Positions 37,716 to 47,690 of a stretch of DNA of 59,530 nucleotides are shown here, piece after piece. Within the stretch, counting starts at the first letter, position 1. The number at the start of each line of letters is the position of its first letter. Under the pieces are notes generated by a model. It was not told where the DNA came from and ran no database searches. It worked only from the letters and a program-made list of their open reading frames with translations. The position numbers were made by a program, and so were the translations under genes. Source of the stretch: an uncultured Bacilli bacterium (GTDB taxonomy: Bacteria > Bacillota_I > Bacilli_A > RF39 > UBA660); the NCBI GenBank assembly GCA_934177995.1, contig CAKPPW010000005.1, positions 1-59,530 on the forward strand, in the 5' to 3' direction.

Positions 37716-37891
37716 GTGATGCCAATTTTGTAAATTCAGGGTAAAAACTGTCCTGAATTTTATTATTTCAGGTATTCAAAATGTAAAATCACCGAAAATG
37801 TGAGTCGGAAATTTGAAAATTGACTGTTTGCAATCAAAAATTGTATCTGCTATAGTAATCCCATTCTAAAAAAAGAAAGGAAAAATAGAAA
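37716..37891 (+). promoter_or_regulatory. conserved non-coding module upstream of the Rpn-type gene (includes a likely promoter)
   Basis: The blocks GATGCCAATTTTGyAAAT and TTTGAAAATTGnCTGTTTGCAA are shared with copies B and C, with a hairpin between them (attcagg/cctgaat). TTGCAA-17 nt-TATAGT precedes the gene. Confidence 0.5.
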
Positions 37892-38698
37892 ATGAATGAT
37901 AACAAATTTATTAGTATTCTAGCAGATACAACTATGAAATATTTAATGAAAAAGAAAGAAACTAGAGATATCTATTTAGAACTATTTAGTGATATAATCG
38001 GTATTGATTTAACTAACTACATCCTAGTAGATAATGAGCTAAACTCTGGTAATAATATTAAAGATTTAAGACTTGATTTACTACTTGAAAATGGTGACAT
38101 ATTAGTTAATATTGAAATTAATAATCAAATAGGAGAATATTCCTCAATTAAAAATCTAACTTATGCTTTTAGACTTGCTGGTAGTAGACATGAAAAAGGA
38201 AATAACTATTATGCTAAACAGGTGATCCAAATAAATCTAAATAGAGAAAAGTTTACTAAAGGTAATGGTGTATTACTATATGAACTTAGAAATAAGAATT
38301 ATGATTTAGTAAAGAAAGGGGTAAAAATCTATGATGTCTATCTAGAAAATTATAAGGACATTTGTTATAATGGTGACAATAAGAACGAGATGTTATTATC
38401 GATGTTAACTGCTAAAGATAATAATAGTCTTGAAAGAATAGTAAATAGTAATAAGGAAGGAATTGTTATTATGGATGAGTTAGATAGACTAAGAAAAGAT
38501 GATAAGTTTAATGCCTATTATGATGCAGAAAAAGTAAATGAAATGACAAGAGAGACTGCTTACTTAGAGGGTATTGATAAAGGCGAGAGAGAAAAACAAA
38601 TAGAAATAGCTAAAAAGTTAAAAGCTTTATCTATGAGTAATAATGATATTTCTAATGTAACTGGCTTATCTTTAGAAGAATTAGAAACGATAGTTTAA
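37892..38698 (+). CDS. Rpn-family / PD-(D/E)XK_2 'putative transposase' nuclease, intact paralog
   Basis: 268 aa and uninterrupted. The N-terminal nuclease core is IKDLRLDLLLENGDILVNIEIN. The C-terminus has FNAYYDAEK plus an EG/KG-rich region and an HTH-like tail. Confidence 0.7.
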   Translation: MNDNKFISILADTTMKYLMKKKETRDIYLELFSDIIGIDLTNYILVDNELNSGNNIKDLRLDLLLENGDILVNIEINNQIGEYSSIKNLTYAFRLAGSRHEKGNNYYAKQVIQINLNREKFTKGNGVLLYELRNKNYDLVKKGVKIYDVYLENYKDICYNGDNKNEMLLSMLTAKDNNSLERIVNSNKEGIVIMDELDRLRKDDKFNAYYDAEKVNEMTRETAYLEGIDKGEREKQIEIAKKLKALSMSNNDISNVTGLSLEELETIV

Positions 38699-38705
38699 TA
38701 ATTTC

Positions 38706-38734
38706 TTGCAAACAAATGTTTTTCTTGCTATACT
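38706..38734 (+). promoter_or_regulatory. sigma-A type promoter
   Basis: TTGCAA (38706-38711), a 17-nt spacer, then TATACT (38729-38734), upstream of the HD-domain gene. Confidence 0.45.
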
Positions 38735-38758
38735 TATAGTGGAAAACGTGGTGGAAGT

Positions 38759-39340
38759 ATGAATAAAAAAGAATTATTTATAGATGAAATTAATTATTTA
38801 AAGAATGATGATATTAAGAGAAGTGTAGCTATTCTTATTGATATGTTACCAGATTATTTCTTTCATGAAGCAGCATCTTCTACTGGAAAGTATCATCCAA
38901 AGTATGCTCTAGGAGATGGAGGCTTACTAAGACACACTAAAGCGGCTTGTTATATAGCTCATGAATTACTAAGTGATCCAGCAATTGGGGAGAAGTATAC
39001 TTCAAGAGAAAAGGATTTAATGATAGTTGGCTTAATTATGCATGATGGACTAAAAAGGGGATTACAAGAAGAAAGATATACTAGATTTGATCATCCTTTA
39101 TTAGCTGCTAACTTTGTCTATGATAATAGGGAAAAAGCAGGTATTAGTGAAGATGAGGCTTTATTCTTAAAAGAGGTAATTTCATCACATATGGGACCTT
39201 GGACAAAAGATTATAATGGTAATGAAGTGTTACCATATCCAAAGAATAAGTATCAAAACTTTGTCCATATGTGTGATTATTTAGCTAGTAGAAAAGGATT
39301 ACTTGTTCCTTTTGATAGCAATAACAATATATTATTATAA
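38759..39340 (+). CDS. HD domain phosphohydrolase-like protein
   Basis: 193 aa containing YHPKY, LRHTKA and IMHDGLK (H...HD pattern). Confidence 0.6.
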   Translation: MNKKELFIDEINYLKNDDIKRSVAILIDMLPDYFFHEAASSTGKYHPKYALGDGGLLRHTKAACYIAHELLSDPAIGEKYTSREKDLMIVGLIMHDGLKRGLQEERYTRFDHPLLAANFVYDNREKAGISEDEALFLKEVISSHMGPWTKDYNGNEVLPYPKNKYQNFVHMCDYLASRKGLLVPFDSNNNILL

Positions 39341-39351
39341 GAGGAAAGATT

Positions 39352-40017
39352 ATGGGAAAGATAATAGTAATTGAAGGAGTAAATGATTCGGGAAAAGAAA
39401 CCCAAAGTAAATTACTTGCTAAGACTTTAAAAGAAGAAGGGTATAAAGTAGTAGAATTCTCTTTTCCAATGTATAAAAGTCCAACAGGAAAAATATTTAA
39501 AGATTGTGTCTTAGGAAAAGATGGTAATGGTTATTTTGAAGAAGGATATGAAAATTTAGATCCTTATGTTGTTTGTTTATATACAGCAGCAGATAGAAAA
39601 TATCATAAAGAAAGAATAGAAAAGTATTTAAGGGATGACTATATAGTAATTTTAAATAGATATACTAGTTCTAATATGGCTCATCAAGGTAGCAGATATA
39701 GTGATAGTGAAGAAAGATTTTATATGTATCAGTGGATAGATAAACTAGAATATTGGTTATTAAAACTTCCTAAGCCAGATTGTACTATCCTTCTAAAAGT
39801 ACCTGCTAAATATCTAAATCAATTAGATGAGAAACAAGTGGCCTTTAACTTTCAAGAAGATATATTTGACCAAGACTCAGTCTTAAAAGCTTATATTGAA
39901 TTATCAGAGTTATATAATTGGGATACAATTGATTGTGTTTCTAATAATAAGATGAAATCAGTGGAAGAAATTCATGAAGAAATAATGAAAATAGTAAGAA
40001 TAAATTTAAATGATTAA
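39352..40017 (+). CDS. thymidylate kinase-like protein with atypical P-loop
   Basis: IVIEGVNDSGKETQ, AADRKYH and LNRYTSSNMAHQG align with the dTMP kinase motifs (EGxDGxGKST, DRY..S..AYQ). However, GKE replaces GKS/T and NRY replaces DRY. Confidence 0.5.
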   Translation: MGKIIVIEGVNDSGKETQSKLLAKTLKEEGYKVVEFSFPMYKSPTGKIFKDCVLGKDGNGYFEEGYENLDPYVVCLYTAADRKYHKERIEKYLRDDYIVILNRYTSSNMAHQGSRYSDSEERFYMYQWIDKLEYWLLKLPKPDCTILLKVPAKYLNQLDEKQVAFNFQEDIFDQDSVLKAYIELSELYNWDTIDCVSNNKMKSVEEIHEEIMKIVRINLND

Positions 40018-40043
40018 GTAAATAATAGTGTTAGGTGATAAAA

Positions 40044-40688
40044 ATGGATTTTATAATCGTTCTTGTTAAGACACTATTTTTTTATTGGATTATTGTACTT
40101 GTTTATCGTTTTATGGGAAAAAGAGAAGTAGGTGAATTAAGTATAGTAGATTTAATTGTTTCTATTTTAATAGCAGAACTAGCCGCTATGTCTATTGAAC
40201 AGTATGATAAGAGTATTTTTCTTAGTCTAATTCCAATACTAGTATTAGTCTTATTACAAATAATTCTTGCTAAACTTTCACTTAAACACTCTAAACTTAG
40301 AACTTTATTAGATGGAGAACCATCATTTATTGTAGAAAAGGGAAAAGTTAATTATAAAGAATTAGTAAAACAACGTTATAACTTAGAGGACTTATTAACC
40401 CAGTTAAGAGCAAGAGAAATAAAAAGCTTAGAAGATGTTGATTATGCTATTTTAGAAACATCAGGAAAACTATCTGTTTTTCAAAAACAAAAGGGGAAAA
40501 GTGTTTATCCACTGGCAGTGATATTAGATGGTGTTATTCAAGAAGACACTTTAAAAGCCATTAAAAGAGATAAGAAATGGTTAGAAGATATGTTAAACTT
40601 TAAAAACGTTAATCTAGAAGATGTATTTTATGGCTTTTATAAGAATCATCAGTTATTTTTAATTAAAAATAGTGATTGTATCACGTAA
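40044..40688 (+). CDS. DUF421 (YetF-like) membrane protein
   Basis: Start moved to ATG 40044. Has RFMGKREVGELSIVDLIVSILIAE and a C-terminal soluble domain, typical of the family. Confidence 0.7.
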   Translation: MDFIIVLVKTLFFYWIIVLVYRFMGKREVGELSIVDLIVSILIAELAAMSIEQYDKSIFLSLIPILVLVLLQIILAKLSLKHSKLRTLLDGEPSFIVEKGKVNYKELVKQRYNLEDLLTQLRAREIKSLEDVDYAILETSGKLSVFQKQKGKSVYPLAVILDGVIQEDTLKAIKRDKKWLEDMLNFKNVNLEDVFYGFYKNHQLFLIKNSDCIT

Positions 40689-40729
40689 ACGACAAAATAA
40701 GTATAATATATTATATAGAATAGAATAAG

Positions 40730-41911
40730 GTGATTAGATTGAGACGATACTTTATTCTTATTTTTGTATTCATTTTAACACTATTTTTATTATTCTTTCC
40801 AAAAGAAGAAAAAGAGGTAAGTAAGATGGATGAGAAAAGATTTATATTTATATCATATATTGAAATAGCTAAATACTTAAAAGGAAAAGATGAGGCTACT
40901 ATTAAAAATACTATTGATGATATGGTTAATCAGTGTAGTGATTTTGGTTTTACGGATATTATTTTACAAGTAAGAAGCTTTTCTGATGCTATATATTATT
41001 CTGATATTTATCCTAGTAGTTCTATGATAGTAGCTAAAGAAGGAGATAAGTTACCTTTTGATATTTTAGAGTACTTTATTAAGAAAAGTCATGAAAGTAA
41101 TTTAAAACTTCATGCTTGGATTAATCCTTATCGTATTAGAAGTAATTTATCTAGGGAAGAGATAACTGATAAGAATCCAGCTTTTAAATATTTAAATACT
41201 AATAAAGTGGAAGAAAGTGACAAAGGAATATTTTATAATCCAGCTGATAGTGAGATTAGGGCTTTAATAATTAGTGGAGTAGAAGAAATACTTGATAATT
41301 ATGATGTAGATGGAGTTCATTATGATGATTATTTTTATCCTAGTAAAACAATTGATTTGGAAAACTATCAAGAAGAACTACTAAAAAGAGAAAATCTTAC
41401 TACCACTGAATATAGACTTGAAAATACTACTAAACTAATAAAAAAGACTTATGAGGTAGTAAAGAAGAAAGATAAAAATATTTTATTTGGAATTAGTCCT
41501 GAAGGAAACATAGATAATAATTATACTAGTAATTATATAGATACTAAGAAATTTGCTGAGAATAGTGGTTATGTTGATTATTTGATGCCACAGATTTATT
41601 TTGGTTTCTTTAACTCTATTAAACCATTTTATGAAACAGTTAAAGAATGGAATAGTTATATTAAAACAGATACGGTTAAGTTAATACCTGCTCTTGCTTT
41701 TTATAAGGTAGGAGAAGAAGATTTGTATGCTAAAGATGGACAGTATGAATGGATAGAATACAACAATATAATAGCAAGAGAAGTCTTGACTAGTAGACCC
41801 CTATCTAATTATCAAGGCTTTGCTATATTTAGATATGATTCTATCTTTAATGATAACCTAACTTCCTTTGCTTTTAAAGAAAAAGAAAATTTAAAAAAGA
41901 TACTTAAATAA
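40730..41911 (+). CDS. glycoside hydrolase-like family 10 (YngK/DUF187-type) protein
   Basis: Motifs ILQVRSFSDAIYYSDIYP, LHAWINPYRI and VDGVHYDDYFYP. Start is uncertain (GTG 40730 or TTG 40739 after AAGGTGA). Confidence 0.6.
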   Translation: MIRLRRYFILIFVFILTLFLLFFPKEEKEVSKMDEKRFIFISYIEIAKYLKGKDEATIKNTIDDMVNQCSDFGFTDIILQVRSFSDAIYYSDIYPSSSMIVAKEGDKLPFDILEYFIKKSHESNLKLHAWINPYRIRSNLSREEITDKNPAFKYLNTNKVEESDKGIFYNPADSEIRALIISGVEEILDNYDVDGVHYDDYFYPSKTIDLENYQEELLKRENLTTTEYRLENTTKLIKKTYEVVKKKDKNILFGISPEGNIDNNYTSNYIDTKKFAENSGYVDYLMPQIYFGFFNSIKPFYETVKEWNSYIKTDTVKLIPALAFYKVGEEDLYAKDGQYEWIEYNNIIAREVLTSRPLSNYQGFAIFRYDSIFNDNLTSFAFKEKENLKKILK

Positions 41912-41953
41912 TTTTTAATATGTTATACTTAAATAGTAGGAGGGATATTAAAT

Positions 41954-42484
41954 ATGGGTAGAAAGGGATTTACCATAATAGAGCTTTTAGCAACAATTAC
42001 TATTTTATCAATGATTATGTTAGTAGCAGTACCAAATATAATGAGTACTCTTGATAAAAGTAAGAGAAGAACCTATGTAGAAGATGCAAAGAAAATGATA
42101 ACATTAGCAGAATACAAATTTAGAGCTAATACTACTATTGAGGCTCCTTCAGGAGTTAAAGCTAGTGCTTTTCCTTTAAGTTCTATGGATTTAACTGACT
42201 TTAGTGATGGACCGGAAGGTGGGAGTTATGATGTTCAAAGTTCCTATGTAATTATGATCAATAAAAACAATAAATATGACTATTATGTAACTCTAGTGGA
42301 AAGATATGGTGCTACTAATAGCTATAAATATAGGGGAGTTTCTTTAAAATCAAGAGATGATTTATTGAAACAAGATGCAATAAATGATGTGATTGACTTT
42401 TCAAGTAAACCAAGTCAGTTAGCTGTAAATAGTACAGTTAAAATAAATGGGACTAATTATACAATCAATTATGTATATAACTAA
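41954..42484 (+). CDS. type IV pilin / pseudopilin
   Basis: Prepilin signal MGRKG|FTIIELLATITILSMIMLVAVPN with Glu at +5. RBS is AGGAGGG. Confidence 0.8.
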   Translation: MGRKGFTIIELLATITILSMIMLVAVPNIMSTLDKSKRRTYVEDAKKMITLAEYKFRANTTIEAPSGVKASAFPLSSMDLTDFSDGPEGGSYDVQSSYVIMINKNNKYDYYVTLVERYGATNSYKYRGVSLKSRDDLLKQDAINDVIDFSSKPSQLAVNSTVKINGTNYTINYVYN

Positions 42485-42562
42485 AAAAAATAAACTAAAA
42501 AATTGACATCTAATAGTTTAGTATGTTATCATCAATATAGAAAGATATGGAGGATGTATAAA

Positions 42563-43108
42563 ATGAAAAAAAATAGAATTAATCAAAAAGGTTTTACCTT
42601 AATCGAATTATTAGCAGTTATCGTTATTTTAGCAATATTAATGACTTTAGCAGTTACAAGTATGCAAAGATACATTAATAATGCAAAGAAAGATACTTAT
42701 ATTACTACTGCTCAGCAATTCTTAGATAGTGTTCGTTTAGGTGTTACTAACGGTGAGTATGATACACCAGATATTGGTAAATGTACAGTAGTAGCTGTTA
42801 GCAATATTGAAACAACAACTGGTACTAAGCAAAGTCCTTTTGGTAAAGAATATAATGATAGTAAAAGTTATGTAGTTGTTTATAATAGTGCAAGTGCAGG
42901 CTCAGAAACTAAAATTGATTATTACATGGCTATGGATGATAGTCTTGATAATGGATTTCTTCTTACTAAAGAAGCTAGTTTAAAGAGAAATATAGTATTT
43001 GCAAGAAACTCTACTGAAGCAGGTAAGATAACAGAAGTTTCAGCAACTGGTAGTCAATTAACAATAGAAGGTTCTACTAAGTGTACTGTTTCACAATATT
43101 ATCACTAG
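42563..43108 (+). CDS. type IV pilin (candidate major subunit)
   Basis: Start moved to ATG 42563, 8 nt after GGAGGA. Has MKKNRINQKG|FTLIELLAVIVILAILMTLAV. A TTGACA promoter-like box lies near 42503 and a strong terminator follows. Confidence 0.8.
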   Translation: MKKNRINQKGFTLIELLAVIVILAILMTLAVTSMQRYINNAKKDTYITTAQQFLDSVRLGVTNGEYDTPDIGKCTVVAVSNIETTTGTKQSPFGKEYNDSKSYVVVYNSASAGSETKIDYYMAMDDSLDNGFLLTKEASLKRNIVFARNSTEAGKITEVSATGSQLTIEGSTKCTVSQYYH

Positions 43109-43113
43109 TAATT

Positions 43114-43146
43114 AAAAGTCTACAAATTGTAGACTTTTTTCTTTTT
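43114..43146 (+). terminator. intrinsic terminator after the pilin gene
   Basis: Stem agtctaca / tgtagact (perfect) followed by TTTTTT. Confidence 0.7.
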
Positions 43147-43177
43147 GTTTGTTATCCTTAAGTAGGAGGTAATTAAT

Positions 43178-44059
43178 ATGCTAATAATAGGTAGTCATGT
43201 TGGATATAAAAAAGATAGTGGACTAGTAGGAAGTGTAAAAGAAGCGTTAAGCTATAATGCTAATACTTTTATGTTTTATACAGGAGCACCACAAAATACT
43301 AAGAGACTTCCAATTGATCTAGAAAAAGTAAAAGAAGCAGATCAATTAATGAAAGATAATAAAATAGCTAAAGAAAATGTTATTGTTCATGCTCCTTATA
43401 TTATTAATCTTGCTACTGATGATTTAGTAAAAAGAGAATTCTCTTGTAACTTTCTAAAAGAAGAAATTAAAAGAGTAGAAACACTAGGATTTTCCTATTT
43501 AGTTCTTCATCCAGGAAGTCATGTTGGAGCAGGGACTGATAAGGGAATACAAAATATTGCTGACTCATTAAACAAAATTATAGATAAAGATACAAAAGTA
43601 GTTATTTTACTGGAAACTATGGCCGGAAAAGGTACAGAGGTAGGTAAAAACTTTGAAGAGTTAGAAAGTATTATTTCTAAGATAAAACAAAAAGAAAATA
43701 TTGGTGTATGTTTAGATACTTGTCATATAAATGATGCTGGTTATGATTTAAATTATTTTGATAAGGTACTAGATTCATTTGATAAAATAATAGGCCTTGA
43801 TAAGTTAAAATGTATTCATGTAAATGATAGTAAAAATATGATAGGTTCTCATAAAGATAGACATGAAAATATTGGCTATGGTCATATTGGTTTTGATAAC
43901 TTAATCAATATTATTTATAATAAGAGACTCGATAATATTCCAAAGATATTAGAAACTCCATATATTGATAAAACTTATCCACCATATAAATATGAGATAG
44001 AAATGATTAGAACTAAAAAGTTTAATAAGAATCTAATTGATGAGTGTAAACAATTGTAA
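43178..44059 (+). CDS. nfo: deoxyribonuclease IV (endonuclease IV)
   Basis: 293 aa with IGSHVG, VHAPYIINLA, LVLHPGSH, LETMAGKGTE, CLDTCH and IHVNDSKN. Confidence 0.9.
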   Translation: MLIIGSHVGYKKDSGLVGSVKEALSYNANTFMFYTGAPQNTKRLPIDLEKVKEADQLMKDNKIAKENVIVHAPYIINLATDDLVKREFSCNFLKEEIKRVETLGFSYLVLHPGSHVGAGTDKGIQNIADSLNKIIDKDTKVVILLETMAGKGTEVGKNFEELESIISKIKQKENIGVCLDTCHINDAGYDLNYFDKVLDSFDKIIGLDKLKCIHVNDSKNMIGSHKDRHENIGYGHIGFDNLINIIYNKRLDNIPKILETPYIDKTYPPYKYEIEMIRTKKFNKNLIDECKQL

Positions 44060-44121
44060 ATATTAATTAAACTTTATCTTAAATAAACTATCTATGATAT
44101 TATTATGTAAGGGAGTAGTTT

Positions 44122-45390
44122 ATGCAGAAAAAAATAGAATTTATAGTAAAAGCTTTTTTATTAAGTAGTCCTTTTCTTGATATGTTAACAGCTTTTGCAC
44201 TTCATGTGTTTAAGACTGATTTAACAATGGGAATAGTTATAAAAATTTTATTCTTAATTTTTTCAGTTATATATGTATTCTTTTTCTATCAAGGTAAGAA
44301 GAAAAAACTTTATAAAGGATTTAGTCTTTCTTTAATAATATATATATTATTTTTTATGGGAATAGTATTAGTTAATAAGGGTAGTGATGTCCTGTTCTAT
44401 GAACTTAAGAATGTTTTTAAGACTCTTTACTTTCCCTTCCTTTTAATTAGTTTTTCCGCTATGTTTGAAGAAAAGTTGGAGATAGTACCAAAGAAATATT
44501 TTTCTTATATAATGTTTACCTATCTCTTAGGAATCTTTATTCCCTCACTTCTAGGAATAGGGTTTGATACTTATGAAGTAACTAAGAAAGGAAGTTTAGG
44601 ATTCTTTAATAGTGCTAATGAGGTAGGAGGAATAATCTCTATTCTAATGCCATTTTTCTTTCTTAATTTATATAAAGATAATAATATTATTAAATCAATA
44701 TTTTCTCTTGCTATCTTACTATACGTCTTATTAAGTATGGGAACTAAAACACCACTTCTTACATTTATTCTTATTCTAACTTGTTATTTATTAATATTTT
44801 TATATAAGATGACTAAGAAGAAAGAATATAAAAAAGTTTTAGGTATAAGTACGATATTTATTACAATGATTTTTTGTCTATCGTTATTAATTCCTAAAAC
44901 AACCTTTTATAAGAATATTAAGATTCATCTAGATTACTTAAAAGTTGATAAAGTAACAGATATATTTAAAAGTGAAAAATTAGTTGATCATTTTATCTTT
45001 AGTTCAAGACTTAAGTTTATGAAAAATAGTGTTAATTATTATAAGAAGGCACCACTAATAGAAAAATTAGGTGGTATTGGTTATATAGAAGGGTATGGTA
45101 CCGATAAAGTAAGTATTAAGATGGTTGAGATGGACTATATTGATATCTTTTTAAGACAAGGTATTATTGGTTTTACTATTTATATGGTTATTTATCTATA
45201 CTTTTTAAGACTAGCAATTAAAAGATATTTAGAGTCAAAATCATTTACTAAGAAAGTAACATATCTACTAGCTTGCTTTTTAACAATTTTATTAAGCTTC
45301 TTTACAGGACATATTATTATGGCACCAGCAGTTAGTATTTTAGTAGTACTTATCTTAACTGCTAAAGACAAGAAAGGAGGATTAATTTGA
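44122..45390 (+). CDS. O-antigen ligase/polymerase-like polytopic membrane protein
   Basis: 422 aa with about 10-12 TM helices and a central loop. Lies in a cluster with GT2 and rfb genes. Assignment rests on architecture and context only. Confidence 0.45.
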   Translation: MQKKIEFIVKAFLLSSPFLDMLTAFALHVFKTDLTMGIVIKILFLIFSVIYVFFFYQGKKKKLYKGFSLSLIIYILFFMGIVLVNKGSDVLFYELKNVFKTLYFPFLLISFSAMFEEKLEIVPKKYFSYIMFTYLLGIFIPSLLGIGFDTYEVTKKGSLGFFNSANEVGGIISILMPFFFLNLYKDNNIIKSIFSLAILLYVLLSMGTKTPLLTFILILTCYLLIFLYKMTKKKEYKKVLGISTIFITMIFCLSLLIPKTTFYKNIKIHLDYLKVDKVTDIFKSEKLVDHFIFSSRLKFMKNSVNYYKKAPLIEKLGGIGYIEGYGTDKVSIKMVEMDYIDIFLRQGIIGFTIYMVIYLYFLRLAIKRYLESKSFTKKVTYLLACFLTILLSFFTGHIIMAPAVSILVVLILTAKDKKGGLI

Positions 45391-46256
45391 GAGATTTAGT
45401 TTTCGTTATAATAAATTATAATACTAGTAAACTAACTAAGAGATTAGTTAAAAATATAAAAGATTATAAATCTATCAGTAAGATTATTATTGTTGATAAT
45501 GCTTCAACTGATAATTCATATAAAGTATTAAAGAAATTAGAAAATGATAAATTAGAAGTTGTTAAAGCAGATACTAATAAAGGTTTTTCTGCAGGTATGA
45601 ATCTTGGTGTTAAAAGAGCAATAGAGTTATATGGAAAGTGTGATATCATTCTTTCTAATACGGATATAGTAATTTCAAGTGAAGAGACTATTACTACCTT
45701 ACAAGAAAACTTAAAGATGCGAAAAGTAGCAGTAGCAAGTCCCGTTGTTTTTCAACAAAATATGATAAGTAGAGGCTGGAAGATACCAACTGTTAAAGAA
45801 GAGATGTTAATCAATTTACCGGTAATTGGTAAGAAATTTCAAAAGAAATATATGGATTATGATGAAGAACACTATAAGGGAAAGTATTCCTATGTAGAAG
45901 CAGTATCAGGTTGTTTCTTTATGATTAAGAGTGAAGCAATAAAGAGAATTAATTATTTTGATGAGAATGTCTTTTTATACTATGAAGAAAATATTTTAGG
46001 AGAAAAACTTAAAAATGTTGGTTATGACTTAATAGTATGTAATGATGTTGTGATAATTCATGATCACTCAGTAAGTATAGATCATAATGTAGGAACTATT
46101 AATAAGTTTAAAATATTAAAAGAAAGCCAAAGATATTTTGAGAAGAAGTATCACTATGCAACTGAAAAAGAGATTAAAAGATTAAAATTTACTAGTGATT
46201 TAACATTATTAACAATATATCTAAAAGTATTTTTAAAAGGAGGATTTAAAAAATGA
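45387..46256 (+). CDS. family 2 glycosyltransferase
   Basis: TTG start. Motifs [29 protein letters not shown] and a DxD-like NTDIV. Confidence 0.8.
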   Translation: MRDLVFVIINYNTSKLTKRLVKNIKDYKSISKIIIVDNASTDNSYKVLKKLENDKLEVVKADTNKGFSAGMNLGVKRAIELYGKCDIILSNTDIVISSEETITTLQENLKMRKVAVASPVVFQQNMISRGWKIPTVKEEMLINLPVIGKKFQKKYMDYDEEHYKGKYSYVEAVSGCFFMIKSEAIKRINYFDENVFLYYEENILGEKLKNVGYDLIVCNDVVIIHDHSVSIDHNVGTINKFKILKESQRYFEKKYHYATEKEIKRLKFTSDLTLLTIYLKVFLKGGFKK

Positions 46257-47149
46257 AGGGAATTATTTTAGCAGGAGGTAGTGGAACAAGACTATATCCT
46301 TTAACAGAGGTAACTAGTAAGCAGTTAATGCCTATTTATGATAAGCCGATGATATATTATCCTTTATCAGTACTTATGCAAGCAGGTATTAGAGATATAT
46401 TAATTATCTCCACCGAAAGAGATTTACCTAGATTTGAAAAGTTACTTGGAACTGGGGAAAAATATGGAGTTAATTTCTCTTATATTGTACAACCTAGTCC
46501 TAATGGTTTAGCAGAAGCTTTTATTCTAGGAGAAGAGTTTATTGGAACTGATAGTTGTGCAATGGTTTTAGGAGATAATATCTTCTATGGAGCAGGACTT
46601 AAAGATGAACTAGCAAAGGCTGTTATAAAAGCTGAAGAAGGGGAAGCAACTGTTTTCGGTTATCATGTTCATGATCCAGAAAGATTTGGTGTTGTAGAAT
46701 TTAATAGTGAAGGAAAAGCAGTTAGTATTGAAGAAAAACCAGTTAATCCTAAGAGTAATTATGCAGTAACAGGACTATACTTTTATCCTAAGGGAGTAAG
46801 TAGTAAAGCTAAAAGTTTAACACCATCTAAACGTGGAGAATTAGAAATAACTGATCTTAATAGATTATATCTTTTAGAAGATAAACTAGAAGTAATATCT
46901 TTAAAAGAAGGTTATGGCTGGTTTGATACTGGAACTTTTAAAAGTTTGTTAACAGCTACTAACTTTGTCGGTACTATTCAAGAACATCAAAATATAACTA
47001 TCTGTTGTCCCGAAGAGATCGGGTATAAGAATGGCTGGTTAGCTAAAGAAAAATTGAAAGAACAAGCACTATTAATGAAGAAAAATACTTATGGTGAACA
47101 TTTAATGAGTATATATATGGAGGATGAAGATGAAAATAATAGAGACTAA
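46253..47149 (+). CDS. rfbA: glucose-1-phosphate thymidylyltransferase
   Basis: [43 protein letters not shown] and ELEITD. Confidence 0.92.
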   Translation: MKGIILAGGSGTRLYPLTEVTSKQLMPIYDKPMIYYPLSVLMQAGIRDILIISTERDLPRFEKLLGTGEKYGVNFSYIVQPSPNGLAEAFILGEEFIGTDSCAMVLGDNIFYGAGLKDELAKAVIKAEEGEATVFGYHVHDPERFGVVEFNSEGKAVSIEEKPVNPKSNYAVTGLYFYPKGVSSKAKSLTPSKRGELEITDLNRLYLLEDKLEVISLKEGYGWFDTGTFKSLLTATNFVGTIQEHQNITICCPEEIGYKNGWLAKEKLKEQALLMKKNTYGEHLMSIYMEDEDENNRD

Positions 47150-47690
47150 ATTAAAAGATTGCTACATAATAGAGCCTGATGTCTTTAATGATGAGAGAGG
47201 TTACTTTATGGAGTTTTATAGTGATAAGAAGATGGATAAAGCAAGAAGTGTCTTACCTAAAGTTGTTCAAGGAAATCGTTCCTTTAGTAAGAAAGGTACT
47301 TTAAGAGGATTACATTATCAAAAAGGAGAAACATCACAAGCTAAATTAGTAGAATGTTTACAGGGAGCTGTTTTAGATGTAGCAGTAGACTTAAGAAAAG
47401 ATTCACCTACTTATAAAGAATGGGTAAGTGTAGAGTTAACGGCTACTAATCATCGCCAATTATTAATACCTAAAGGTTTTGCTCATGGTTTTTTAACGCT
47501 TGAAGATAATACTTTATTTCAGTATTTAGTAGATTATCCTTATAGTCCTTCTACAGAAGGTGGTATACTTTGGTGTGATGATGAAATTAATGTCGATTGG
47601 CAATTTACTAAATACCAAATAGAAGAGCCAGTCTTATCAGAAAAAGATAAGGTTAGAAAACCACTTAGAGAAACAGAGGTTGACTTTTAA
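47130..47690 (+). CDS. rfbC: dTDP-4-dehydrorhamnose 3,5-epimerase
   Basis: Start set at ATG 47130, 6 nt after GGAGG. Motifs [35 protein letters not shown] and GFAHGF. Confidence 0.9.
   Translation: MKIIETKLKDCYIIEPDVFNDERGYFMEFYSDKKMDKARSVLPKVVQGNRSFSKKGTLRGLHYQKGETSQAKLVECLQGAVLDVAVDLRKDSPTYKEWVSVELTATNHRQLLIPKGFAHGFLTLEDNTLFQYLVDYPYSPSTEGGILWCDDEINVDWQFTKYQIEEPVLSEKDKVRKPLRETEVDF

Noticed and set aside
45464-45649. Minus-strand 61-aa ORF
   Set aside because: Antisense within the GT2 gene.
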